Source: Candidatus Krumholzibacteriia bacterium (GTDB taxonomy: Bacteria; Krumholzibacteriota; Krumholzibacteriia; WVZY01). From it: a stretch of 29,150 nucleotides of DNA. Positions 19,519 through 29,150 of this stretch are shown here, piece by piece. The translations under genes were made by a program, and so were the position numbers. Below the pieces are notes generated by a model. The model searched no databases. It saw nothing but the letters and a program-made list of their open reading frames with translations, and had not been told where the DNA came from. Each line of letters opens with the position of its first letter. Position 1 is the stretch's first letter. The stretch spans positions 1 through 29,150 of the forward strand of contig JAZGDW010000054.1 in the NCBI GenBank assembly GCA_036478295.1, in the 5' to 3' direction.

Positions 19519-19910
19519 CAGATTTTGCTCGGATCCAGTATTCTCACGCTGTCTTGGCCCCGTTTGACGACCTCGCCGGTGAGATCTTCAAAGGACAGCG
19601 TCTCTCGTTTATTGAGAAAGGCGAGCAGCATCGGCAGGTTCACGCCACTTATGACACATGTCTCCGGACGGGCGTGTTCGATTCGAAGACAGGTGTGGCT
19701 GCAACTCCCCCCAAAGTAATCCACGAACACGATGCAGCGGCGATCCTGCTCGGACTCCAGCAGAGCGTGTACTTCATCGTACAGCGCCTGCGGTGATTTA
19801 GACGAATTGGTTACAGCATGGCAATGCGAAAACTCGCCGATTATCGTGCTCGCCGTCTCGAGCAATTCAGCGGCGAGTTTTCCGTGTGTGACAATGATGC
19901 CTGCAACCAT
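19518..19910 (-). CDS. PTS mannose-family IIA component
   Basis: IIVTHG, VDYFGGS, SGVNLPMLL. TGATG overlap with IIB. Confidence 0.93.
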   Translation of the reverse strand: MVAGIIVTHGKLAAELLETASTIIGEFSHCHAVTNSSKSPQALYDEVHALLESEQDRRCIVFVDYFGGSCSHTCLRIEHARPETCVISGVNLPMLLAFLNKRETLSFEDLTGEVVKRGQDSVRILDPSKI

Positions 19911-19931
19911 GCTCTCTCCCGTGGCTCGCGG

Positions 19932-20906
<975 letters not shown>

Positions 20907-21440
20907 TTACGTCTCGATGATACCGATGGTGCCGTCTTCGCGTTTGTAGAGCACATTCAGACGGTTCGTGGTTCTATTCAAGAAAATGTTGAAGGCGCCG
21001 CCATTCTCGTTCATCTTGAGGACGGCCTCCGCCACTAACAGCTGTGGAAACTCGATCGGGTCCGCGGGGATCAACTCGCCTTCGCGGTTCTCCTGCTCGG
21101 CGGCGGCAGGCTCGGGCGATACCTCCGTGTCGACCGCCGGTTTCTTGCGGGCCTTCTTCCGAAATCTCTTCCCCTTGTGCTTGAGAATCTGACGCTCCAG
21201 CTTCTCGACAACGCGATCCACGGACCTGTACATATCGTCGGATTCGTCATGGCCAACGAAGTCCTTGCCGTTCACGTGCAACGTGATCTCAACAAAATGA
21301 CGATATTTTTCGAGTGTAAATACTATGTGGGCACTTACGATGTTGTCAAAAAAAGTGGTGAGGTTCTCGACTTTTGATTCGGCATAATCCTTGAGCGCTG
21401 GTGTCAATTCATAATGTCTCGAAGTCGTTACGATATTCAT
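20907..21440 (-). CDS. hpf: Ribosome hibernation promoting factor, long form (HPF with S30AE C-terminal domain)
   Basis: ELTPALKDYAESK, DMYRSVD...KLERQ, C-terminal NVLYKREDG. Confidence 0.93.
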   Translation of the reverse strand: MNIVTTSRHYELTPALKDYAESKVENLTTFFDNIVSAHIVFTLEKYRHFVEITLHVNGKDFVGHDESDDMYRSVDRVVEKLERQILKHKGKRFRKKARKKPAVDTEVSPEPAAAEQENREGELIPADPIEFPQLLVAEAVLKMNENGGAFNIFLNRTTNRLNVLYKREDGTIGIIET

Positions 21441-21654
21441 TCCGCACCTCTCTCGCCTGTTATTCGTGTAGCAAACAAAGCCGCCCTGCGCAGAAATCTG
21501 GGATCTGGGAACATAAACTTGAAGTGCAGTGGCGCGTAACTAGAAAGTACTGGGAGAGCCTGCTTGTGGCCACGGAGGAAAGAATCAAGACCATAGATTG
21601 GGCTTCAAACACCTTAAGAAACTGAATCGTCCAAACCACCCCTTCTCTATTTAC

Positions 21655-21683
21655 ATTATACCGGATAGCCCGCCGGTCGCCAA
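21655..21683 (-). promoter_or_regulatory. Sigma-70-type promoter for hpf-hprK-pts
   Basis: TTGGCG-N17-TATAAT immediately after the rpoN stop, implying a ~200-nt leader. Confidence 0.6.
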
Positions 21684-21697
21684 GTGTTTTGGAACCG

Positions 21698-23131
21698 TTA
21701 GTACTGCTTGCGCATGCGCGCCGGCAGGATATTGAGCTGTTCCCGGTACTTCGCCACGGTGCGGCGCGCGATGTTCAGGCCGCCTGCCCTGAGCATATCG
21801 GCTATCTTTTGGTCGCTCAATGGATTATGAGAGTCTTCCTTCTCGATGATGCGCCGGATCCTGTCCTTGGCGCTCTTGGCCGAAATCTCGCTGCCGTCGG
21901 TGGTGCCCAGGCTGCTCGAGAAGAAGAACTTGAGCTCGAAAACGCCTCGTGGTGTTTGCACATACTTGTTGGTGGTGACCCGGCTGACGGTGGACTCGTG
22001 CATGTTGATTTCGCTCGCCACCTGCTGCAGGGTCAGCGGCCGAAGGTACGCCGTGCCTTTCTCGAAGAACTCGCGCTGTTTCTCTACGATGCACTCCATC
22101 ACCTTGACCATGGTCCGCCGCCGCTGCTCGATTGTCTGGATCAGCCACCGCGCCGACTTCAACCGTGAATAGATGAACTCCTTGGTCTCCCGGTTGCCAT
22201 CGGTCTTATCCTTGAGCAATTCTGTCTGGTACGCCTGGCTGATCCGCAGCCGTGGGATATTCTTGTCGTTGAGATAGATCACGTACTTTTCGTCCACCTT
22301 GTCAACCACCAGGTCGGGGATCACGTATTGGGGATCACTCGCCATGATTTCGAGGCCCGGCTTCGGGTCGAGCTTGGCGATGATCTTGCATTGATTCTGG
22401 ACTTCTTGAATGGGGATCTTCAGCTTCTTGCTGATCTCGAGGTATTTCTTCTGCTTGAAATCCTTGAAATGATCGCGAATGATCCTGGCTGCCAGAGAGC
22501 CTTCCATCCCCTTCGCCCCAAGCTGGATGAGAAGGCATTCCTGCAGGTTTCTCGCCCCCACCCCGGGTGGATCGAAAGTCTGGATTATCTTCAGAACGCG
22601 CTCGGCTTCTTCGACCGCGATGCCAAAGGTGCCGGCCACCTCTTCGAGGTCACAGGTCAGGTAGCCGCTGTCGTCGAGACTGCCGATGATATAGTCGCCG
22701 ATTTCGAGAGTACGATCGTCGTCGGTCGCGATCCGCAACTGGCTTATTAGCTGATCGGTGAACGATCGCTTGGCGACTGGCACCCGTTCGAAGAATTCCT
22801 CCTGCGTTTCTTCGCCGAGCCCGTAGCCAATTTCAAAGCCACTTTGGAAGTACTCCGCCCAATCGATGTTATCGGTATCCTCGGTCCCGCTTTCCGAGGG
22901 GTCCTTGGTTGCTTCCGCATCGCGTTCCTTCTCCCTTTCCCGCTCCTCATCCTCTTGACCCTCGATATAGTCGTCGACCTCTTCGAGAAGGGGGTTCTGC
23001 ATGATCTCCTGCTTGAGCATCAGCTGGAGTTCTATGGCGGGCATCTGCAGCAGCTTCAGCGCCTGCTGCAGCTTGGGCGTCATTACCAGCTGCTGCCTTT
23101 GCCTCAGATGCAAACCTAATTTCATGGCCAT
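21698..23131 (-). CDS. rpoN: RNA polymerase sigma-54 factor
   Basis: Gln/Leu-rich region I (MTPKLQQALKLLQ), DPPGVGARNLQECL, HESTVSR, RpoN box ARRTVAKYRE. Confidence 0.98.
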   Translation of the reverse strand: MAMKLGLHLRQRQQLVMTPKLQQALKLLQMPAIELQLMLKQEIMQNPLLEEVDDYIEGQEDEEREREKERDAEATKDPSESGTEDTDNIDWAEYFQSGFEIGYGLGEETQEEFFERVPVAKRSFTDQLISQLRIATDDDRTLEIGDYIIGSLDDSGYLTCDLEEVAGTFGIAVEEAERVLKIIQTFDPPGVGARNLQECLLIQLGAKGMEGSLAARIIRDHFKDFKQKKYLEISKKLKIPIQEVQNQCKIIAKLDPKPGLEIMASDPQYVIPDLVVDKVDEKYVIYLNDKNIPRLRISQAYQTELLKDKTDGNRETKEFIYSRLKSARWLIQTIEQRRRTMVKVMECIVEKQREFFEKGTAYLRPLTLQQVASEINMHESTVSRVTTNKYVQTPRGVFELKFFFSSSLGTTDGSEISAKSAKDRIRRIIEKEDSHNPLSDQKIADMLRAGGLNIARRTVAKYREQLNILPARMRKQY

Positions 23132-23160
23132 AGAGTGCCCTTCCTACGAATTTGGCGCTT

Positions 23161-23901
23161 CTAAAGACGAAACGACTCGCCGAGATATATCTCCCTGACT
23201 TCGGAGTCGCCGGCGAGCTCGTCGGCGGTACCGGAGCGCTTGATGCTTCCCTCGTACATGACGTAAGACCGGTCCGTGATGCTCAGCGTGTCCCTCACGT
23301 TGTGATCCGTTATCAGGATCCCCAGGCCTCGATCCTTGAGCTTCTGCACGATGCGCTGGAGATCGGCGACCGCAATCGGATCGATCCCCGCGAAAGGCTC
23401 ATCGAGCAGCATGAACCTCGGTTCGGTCACCAGGGCGCGCGTGATCTCGACTCTCCTCCGCTCACCACCGGAGAGCTGGAAACCCATGCTCTTGCGGATG
23501 TGCGAAATATCCAACTCGTCGAGCAGCATTTCGAGCCTTTCCATCCGCTCGCTCTTGGCCAGCGGCAGCGTCTCCAGTATCGCTAGCAAGTTCCGCTCCA
23601 CGGACAGGCCCCGGAAAATCGACGGATCCTGTGGCAGATAACCGATGCCGTTCCGCGCTCGCTTGTACATCGGTTCTCTCGTGACGTCCATGTCACCCAG
23701 GTATATCCTGCCTGAACTGGGCCGGATCATGCCGACGATCATGTAGAAGGTCGTCGTCTTACCCGCGCCGTTCGGGCCCAGTAATCCGACTATTTCCCCC
23801 GGGTTGACCCGGATGCTAACCTCGTTCACCACACGGCGTTTCCCGTAGTTTTTCACCAGCTGCTCGGTTCGAATGTATGCGTCTGGCACCGGACTAATCA
23901 A
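23161..23901 (-). CDS. lptB: LPS export ABC transporter ATPase LptB
   Basis: [50 protein letters not shown]. Start TTG 23901 or GTG 23889. Confidence 0.97.
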   Translation of the reverse strand: MISPVPDAYIRTEQLVKNYGKRRVVNEVSIRVNPGEIVGLLGPNGAGKTTTFYMIVGMIRPSSGRIYLGDMDVTREPMYKRARNGIGYLPQDPSIFRGLSVERNLLAILETLPLAKSERMERLEMLLDELDISHIRKSMGFQLSGGERRRVEITRALVTEPRFMLLDEPFAGIDPIAVADLQRIVQKLKDRGLGILITDHNVRDTLSITDRSYVMYEGSIKRSGTADELAGDSEVREIYLGESFRL

Positions 23902-24448
23902 TGGAAACTCCTGCCGTGTCGATTATCGTGGCCTCAACGTTGCGCTTGATATCGACGGCGCTGAGGTCCGGAGCACACTCCAGACCGATGCCGGTGATAA
24001 CGTCCCTGCCGCGCGTCAGTTTCACCCAGGAGTTGCTGATGATCTTGTCCTCGACTTTTTTCCATAAGAGACTGTCTGTTTCGAGAACATCACCATCGAC
24101 CGAGGTGACCACCACGTCGCCGAAGGCCAGCATATCCTGGCTCTCCTCGGAGTATTCTCCCACTTTGGACTCGAGCGTGGTCGTCAGGTGACCGTCTTTG
24201 TCGAAGAACTCAATCACAGGATTCTCCATTATGACCAGTTTCTTCTTGCTAAAACGATTCGCCCGCGGCGCCGTGAGCTTCCATAACACTACCCCGCTGT
24301 CGCTCTCCTGCGTCACGAAATCGGTAAACACTTCATCCGGCATCTCGTCCTTTTGAAAGGCGATTTCGTTTGGCGTATCGCTCGTGCATGATACCAGCAA
24401 AAATCCGATCAACGTCACGTAATAAAGAATTCTAGTTGACCACCGCAT
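23894..24448 (-). CDS. lptC: LPS export periplasmic protein LptC (lipoprotein-like)
   Basis: Lipobox LVSC. Jellyroll motifs P.IEFFD..G, GDVVV....G..LETDSL.W, I.S...V.....DVITG.G. Directly upstream of lptB. Confidence 0.88.
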   Translation of the reverse strand: MRWSTRILYYVTLIGFLLVSCTSDTPNEIAFQKDEMPDEVFTDFVTQESDSGVVLWKLTAPRANRFSKKKLVIMENPVIEFFDKDGHLTTTLESKVGEYSEESQDMLAFGDVVVTSVDGDVLETDSLLWKKVEDKIISNSWVKLTRGRDVITGIGLECAPDLSAVDIKRNVEATIIDTAGVSID

Positions 24449-25358
24449 GGCTCACATCCGCCTCCTCCTGATCACGCCACCTCTTGTGAAACCAGACCCA
24501 CTGCTTGGGGTCGTATCGGATGAGGTCCTCCACCGCCCGCGAACACTGCTCGGTGATGATTTCCGCCCGGCGTTCGAGGGTCTCGCTCTCGGGCGGGTCT
24601 GCGATCGCCGGCAGGATTCGTATCACGTGCTTGCCGGGCTCGTTCATATAGATCGCCAGGGGCACGATTTTCGCCCCCGTCTTCAAGGCCAGCTTGGCGA
24701 TCCCGATCGGAGTGTGGGCGGGTCGGCTGAAGAACGGTACATACACACCGGTGACCCTCGTATGTTGGTCGATCAGTACGGCGACGATGCCGCCCGCGCG
24801 CAGGGTCCGCAGCATCTCCCTGCCTCCGCGGTCGCGATCGACGGTTCTCAATCCCACCGATTCGCGGATGCGGATCAGCTCCTGGTTCAAGCGCGGCTCC
24901 CACAGCTCGCGTCCCACCACGGTGAACTCAAACCCGCGGGTGGCGAAGTAACCGGCCAGGAGTTCCCAGCAGCCGATGTGCCCGGTTATCGCGATCATGC
25001 CTTGGCCGGCCTCCCTGGCCTCGGACAGATGCTCCAACCCCTCCACCCTCTCGATCAATGCGGCCAGGCGCTCTTTCGAACTTCCCTTCAGATTAAGAAA
25101 CTCGAATACGTTCCGACCCAGTGTCTTGAACATCGCCCGCGCCAGCGCCTCCCGCACCGGGAGGCTCATGCCTGGAAACGCAATCTCGAGGTTATCCAGG
25201 GCCCGTTTCCGGTCCTCCCGCAGGACCCGGCCCGCCGCGTCGCCGATGGCCGAAAAGACGCGCAAACCTGTTGCCCTAGGCAGACCGCGCGCGAATCGCA
25301 TCAGTCCCCGCGTCAGGACGACTTCCAAATTTCTTTTAATTTTTTTTCGTCTACGCAA
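24432..25358 (-). CDS. Lipid A biosynthesis lauroyl/myristoyl acyltransferase family (LpxL/HtrB-like)
   Basis: ALDNLEIAFP, GHIGCWE, LIDQ, VPFFSRPA.T, P.QWVWFHKRW. Confidence 0.9.
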   Translation of the reverse strand: MRRRKKIKRNLEVVLTRGLMRFARGLPRATGLRVFSAIGDAAGRVLREDRKRALDNLEIAFPGMSLPVREALARAMFKTLGRNVFEFLNLKGSSKERLAALIERVEGLEHLSEAREAGQGMIAITGHIGCWELLAGYFATRGFEFTVVGRELWEPRLNQELIRIRESVGLRTVDRDRGGREMLRTLRAGGIVAVLIDQHTRVTGVYVPFFSRPAHTPIGIAKLALKTGAKIVPLAIYMNEPGKHVIRILPAIADPPESETLERRAEIITEQCSRAVEDLIRYDPKQWVWFHKRWRDQEEADVSHAVVN

Positions 25359-25461
25359 GATTTACCCTGCAATATTGCCTGAATGGAAAGCTGCCAGGCC
25401 CCTCGTGAATCGCAAAAAACCTTTACATTTATATAGTTAGCATACGAGTGGCGTGTAGTCA

Positions 25462-25478
25462 AGCAACGATTGTGCCAG
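25462..25478 (-). promoter_or_regulatory. Consensus sigma-54 (-24/-12) binding site/promoter
   Basis: Minus strand CTGGCACAATCGTTGCT matches YTGGCACR-N4-TTGCW exactly, about 100 nt upstream of the acyltransferase-lptC-lptB-rpoN genes. Confidence 0.8.
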
Positions 25479-25557
25479 AAATCCATCATGGGAAATCGTG
25501 AGGGGTTACGGTGCCGCATCGGGAGCGACCGGGCGGCCGTTCGTTGCGGGGGCGTCA

Positions 25558-25778
25558 CGGCTGTGGACTGCTGGATCGGTGACGGACCGTCGCGGGTGGC
25601 GAGTGAGGCGGCGCGTTGTTGGGTTGTTGACGGACCCGTCGCGAGAGCGAGCGAGGATCAGCCGCCGCAGGCGGGTAGCCAAGCGAAGCGGAGCGCGGGG
25701 ACGGAGACAATCCAACAGCGCGCCGCCCCAAGCACGAAGCGGAGCGCGGGACGGAACCGGCCCAACAGTCCGCCGCCG
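25558..25778 (+). repeat. Nested repeat: full 121-bp copy C (25607-25727) inside the outer arms of a second, diverged copy
   Basis: Inner copy GGCGGCGCGTTGTTGGGTTGTT...GACAATCCAACAGCGCGCCGCC. Outer left arm 25558-25606 (CGGCTGTGGACTGCTGGATCGGTGACGGACCGTCGCGGG) and outer right arm 25735-25778 (CGAAGCGGAGCGCGGGACGGAACCGGCCCAACAGTCCGCCGCCG); their termini are complementary at 18 of 23 positions. Confidence 0.85.
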
Positions 25779-25796
25779 CGGAGTGGCTACGCGACA

Positions 25797-26846
25797 CTAA
25801 TCGGCGCCCAGTCCGGCTTTGAGGATATCGTGAATATGGAGAATGCCCGTTGGCCGTCCGGCCTCGTCGGTGATGAAGTACATCGTCAGGGGGCCCGGAG
25901 TGTTCATTTCCATCCGGCTCAGCGCCTCCGCGGCCAGCACGTCGGCTCCGATGGTCTTCGGAGCGGGCGTCATCACTTCCCCGGCCAGGGCGTCCAGGGC
26001 GTTGTCGGTCCGCACGAGAATCCTTTTGAGGTCTCCGTCCGTTATGATGCCACACAACTTCCCTTCCGGGTCCTGCACACCCACACATCCCACCGCTTTC
26101 GACATCATTTCGAACAGCGCGTCCTTGAGGGTGGTGTCCACACCGACGAGAGGCACAGCGTCGCCCGTGTGCATCAGCTCGCTGACCCTGACGGTCAGCC
26201 GTTTGCCCAGAATACCGCTGGGGTGGTTGCGCGCGAAATCCTCCGCCTTGAACCCGCGCCGCTCCATCAGCGCGCAGGCCAGCGCATCACCCATCACCAG
26301 GGCGGCGGTTGTGCTGGTCGTCGGTGCCAGGTCCAGGGCGCACGCCTCGCTGTCCACGTGGCAGTCGAGAATGATATCGCTGTGCCTGGCGAGAAAGGAA
26401 TCGGCGTTGCCCGTCATCGCGATGATCGTCAAATCGAGCTTCTTCAGGGACGGGTAGAGCTGGCGGAATTCGTCGCTCACGCCACTCTTCGAGATGAACA
26501 GCACTACATCCCCGTCGCCTACCAGGCCCAGGTCGCCGTGTGCCGCCTCCACGGGGTGCAGGTAGAAACTCGGCGTACCCGTGCTGGTGAAGGTGGCCGC
26601 GATCTTCTTGCCGATCAGCCCGGACTTTCCAACCCCCGAAATCATCAGTCGTCCTTCGCACTCGTAGATCGCGTCGACGGCGCGGTGGAAATTGCCATCG
26701 ATCAACTTCTTGACTTTGGTGAGTTCGTGAATCTCATCCGCGAACACCGTACGGGCGATGTCGATGTCCACCATCGCCTGATCGACAGGTTTCGTCCGGG
26801 CGGCGCCGGTGCGTGCCTCGGTGGGTCGTGCAAGTCTCGACTTCAT
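25797..26846 (-). CDS. kdsD: Arabinose-5-phosphate isomerase (KdsD/KpsF/GutQ; SIS plus CBS domains)
   Basis: GVGKSG, HPVEAAHGDLG, SKSG, APTTSTT, FARNHPSG, TDGDLKR, LHIHD. Confidence 0.95.
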   Translation of the reverse strand: MKSRLARPTEARTGAARTKPVDQAMVDIDIARTVFADEIHELTKVKKLIDGNFHRAVDAIYECEGRLMISGVGKSGLIGKKIAATFTSTGTPSFYLHPVEAAHGDLGLVGDGDVVLFISKSGVSDEFRQLYPSLKKLDLTIIAMTGNADSFLARHSDIILDCHVDSEACALDLAPTTSTTAALVMGDALACALMERRGFKAEDFARNHPSGILGKRLTVRVSELMHTGDAVPLVGVDTTLKDALFEMMSKAVGCVGVQDPEGKLCGIITDGDLKRILVRTDNALDALAGEVMTPAPKTIGADVLAAEALSRMEMNTPGPLTMYFITDEAGRPTGILHIHDILKAGLGAD

Positions 26847-26865
26847 GTCTCTGCCTTTATAGCTT

Positions 26866-27708
26866 TCAGGAGTCCGTGTTTCCGGCCACTATTTCGCTCG
26901 CGACCTGAAACACACGTAGTGTGTCCTCGAGCACGCGCTCCAGTTCAGAAAACGGCAGCATCGATGCCGCGTCGCTTCTGGCCTTCTCCGGCTCTGGATG
27001 GGTCTCTATAAAAAAACCGTCGCACGGGACCGCCGCCGCCGCGCGGGCCATCATCCCCGCGAGGTCCGGCTCTCCCCCGGAGCGGTCTCCAAGCCCTCCC
27101 GGCCTTTGCAGGCTGTGGGTCACGTCGAAGATAATCGGACAGCCGAACGCCCTCATGCGCGAGAACGAGCGGAAGTCCACAACGAGGTCGTGATAACCGA
27201 ACGTGGTTCCGCGCTCCGTAAGCAGTACGTTCCGGCCTCCCGCCTGGCGTACCTTGTCGACCGCCAGACCGGCTCCTTCGGGCGAGAGAAACTGTCCCTT
27301 CTTGATGTTCACGGCGCGGCCCGTCTTGGCGGCTGCCTCCAGAAGACTCGTCTGTCTCGACATGAACGCCGGAACCTGCAGGACGTCGAGCACCTCGGCG
27401 GCGCCGGTCGCCTCGTCCGCACTGTGGATGTCGGAGATAACCGGGCAACCGACCTCGGTCTTTACTTTTTGCAGAATCCTCAGCCCTTCATCGAGGCCGA
27501 CACCGCGGAAACTCGTGGATGAACTCCGATTGTCTTTGCTGTAACTCGCCTTGAAGACGAATTGAAACCTGGCGGTGACGGGAAGCGATGCGATTCTTTC
27601 GGCGAGCGCTACCGTTTCGGATTCGCTCTCGATGACGCAGGGGCCGGCGATCAAAAGTGGAGAGGTACGATCCCCCACGGTCAAGTTGCCGATCTGGATA
27701 GGCTGCAT
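26866..27708 (-). CDS. kdsA: KDO-8-phosphate synthase (metal-dependent type, Cys in AGPC)
   Basis: IAGPCVIES, KASYSKDNRSS..SFRG, QVPAFMSRQT, NIKKGQF, TERG..FGY, FDVTHSLQ, ETHP...ARSD. Start ATG 27708 or GTG 27717/27729. Confidence 0.96.
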   Translation of the reverse strand: MQPIQIGNLTVGDRTSPLLIAGPCVIESESETVALAERIASLPVTARFQFVFKASYSKDNRSSSTSFRGVGLDEGLRILQKVKTEVGCPVISDIHSADEATGAAEVLDVLQVPAFMSRQTSLLEAAAKTGRAVNIKKGQFLSPEGAGLAVDKVRQAGGRNVLLTERGTTFGYHDLVVDFRSFSRMRAFGCPIIFDVTHSLQRPGGLGDRSGGEPDLAGMMARAAAAVPCDGFFIETHPEPEKARSDAASMLPFSELERVLEDTLRVFQVASEIVAGNTDS

Positions 27709-27729
27709 CGGAATCACGCCCTCAGTCAC

Positions 27730-29150
27730 CTACGAGTTGATGGCCTTGCGTTCATCCATCTCGGAATCGCCGGCGAGCTTCGCGGCCCGAACGAGAGCCT
27801 TGAACAACGGATGGGGACGATTCGGCCGGCTCTTCAACTCGGGATGAAATTGAACAGCCACAAAAAACGGATGATCCTCGAGTTCGATCATTTCGACCAG
27901 GTTGTTATCCGGAGACGTCCCGGATATCACCATGCCTTGTTTCTCGAACCGCTCGCGGTACTTGTTGTTGAACTCCCAGCGGTGCCGGTGGCGTTCCGAT
28001 ATTTCCAAAGAACCGTAACACTCGTGCGCCAGGGTGTCCGGTCGTATCACGCATGGATAGGCTCCCAGGCGCATCGTGCCGCCCTTGTCTCCCCCGTGCT
28101 CCTGGTCCTCCATCAGATCGATAACCGGATTGGCGCAGCCGAGATTGAATTCCGAACTATCCGCGTCCTCGATGCCGCACACATTCCTGGCAAAATCGAT
28201 CACGGCGCTCTGCAGTCCCAGGCAGATTCCCAGATAGGGAATCCCGTTTTCGCGTGCAAAGCGGGCCGCTTGGACCTTGCCGTGCACGCCCCTTTCCCCG
28301 AAGCCCCCGGGAACGAGTATTCCCGCCACATCTTTCAGGTGAATCTCCGGACCGTCCTTCTCGATATCTTCCGCATCGACCCATTTGATGTTTACCCCGG
28401 TGTCGTTGTGAATCCCCGCATGGGTGAACGCTTCGATAATCGATTTGTAGGCGTCGTTCAAATGAACGTACTTGCCACAGACCGCTATGGACACTTCGCT
28501 GTCCACGTCCGCCATCCGTTTGAGCAGGCGCTGCCATTCGGTCAGGTCTGGTTTGGGCACTTCGAGTCGCAGCAGCTTAACGACAATTTCGTCGAGTTGC
28601 TCGCGGGCAAAATGAATGGGAACGTGGTAAATCGACGAGACGTCCCGGGCTTCGATCACCGCCGCCTCGCTGACGTTGCAAAACAGCGCGAGCTTCTGGC
28701 GGACATCGCGGCTCAGCGGCACCTCGGTCCGGCACAGCAGGATGTCCGGCTGGATACCAATCTCGCGAAGCTGGCGGACACTGTTCTGAGTCGGCTTGGT
28801 CTTCAACTCCTTGGCGGCCCGGATGTATGGAACCAGCGTTAGATGGATGAACACGCAGTTTTCGGCGCCGACCTCGAGGCGTAACTGCCTGGCGGCCTCG
28901 AGAAAAGGCTGACTCTCGATGTCCCCGGTGGTCCCCCCGATCTCCGTGATAATGACATCCGGCGGTCCCCCGTTGTCCCCCACCGCCCGGACCCGAGCCA
29001 GGATCTCGTCCGTAATGTGGGGGATCACCTGCACGGTCTTCCCCAGGTAGCCGCCGCGCCGCTCACGTTCGATAACGGCCTGGTAAATCTGTCCGGTCGA
29101 AACGCTGTGCTTGCGCGTGAGATTGGTATCGATGAACCTCTCGTAGTGTC
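27730..29150 (-). CDS. pyrG: CTP synthase, 5' end beyond window
   Basis: Frame is open to the window edge: HYERF...ERRGGYLGKTVQVIPHITDEI, KTKPTQ, GICLGLQ, ERHRHR, QFHPE. Confidence 0.98.
   Translation of the reverse strand, partial: HYERFIDTNLTRKHSVSTGQIYQAVIERERRGGYLGKTVQVIPHITDEILARVRAVGDNGGPPDVIITEIGGTTGDIESQPFLEAARQLRLEVGAENCVFIHLTLVPYIRAAKELKTKPTQNSVRQLREIGIQPDILLCRTEVPLSRDVRQKLALFCNVSEAAVIEARDVSSIYHVPIHFAREQLDEIVVKLLRLEVPKPDLTEWQRLLKRMADVDSEVSIAVCGKYVHLNDAYKSIIEAFTHAGIHNDTGVNIKWVDAEDIEKDGPEIHLKDVAGILVPGGFGERGVHGKVQAARFARENGIPYLGICLGLQSAVIDFARNVCGIEDADSSEFNLGCANPVIDLMEDQEHGGDKGGTMRLGAYPCVIRPDTLAHECYGSLEISERHRHRWEFNNKYRERFEKQGMVISGTSPDNNLVEMIELEDHPFFVAVQFHPELKSRPNRPHPLFKALVRAAKLAGDSEMDERKAINS

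Noticed and set aside
21469..21488. Sigma-54 promoter before hpf (GGGCGGCTTTGTTTGCT)
   Set aside because: GG-to-GC spacing is 11, not the required 10.

Overview
GC-rich bacterial chromosomal segment. The gene content (SprA, a GWxTD protein and a secreted protein ending ...SWGRIKTLYR) suggests an FCB-group lineage outside Bacteroidota, such as Krumholzibacteriota/Latescibacterota; this taxonomy is inference. Left: a T9SS translocon gene sprA (minus strand, at least 1618 codons, running off the window and therefore missing from the ORF track) is divergent from a translationally coupled lptF-lptG-GWxTD operon. Middle: a ~1.4 kb accessory pocket between convergent operons holds one small secreted Cys-containing protein with a putative C-terminal sorting motif. 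It is bracketed by two oppositely oriented copies of a 121-bp structured repeat and also contains a 171-bp inverted-repeat element. Right: a long minus-strand housekeeping cluster, pyrG(partial)-kdsA-kdsD-[nested repeat, sigma-54 site]-lpxL-like-lptC-lptB-rpoN-hpf-hprK-mannose-family PTS IIA/IIB/IIC/IID-ptsH-ptsI-PGI/PMI-NDP-sugar synthase-metK-ahcY, closed by an intrinsic terminator. Best leads: (i) the 121-bp repeat family, with strand-specific G-T wobbles, GNA mini-hairpins, and nested/tandem architecture; (ii) SprA together with the WGxIK C-terminal motif protein and the GWxTD protein, a possible non-canonical T9SS-like system; (iii) an lptC-lptB operon without lptA; (iv) a consensus sigma-54 site upstream of the rpoN operon; (v) a Man-PTS permease with a rewired sugar-binding loop.
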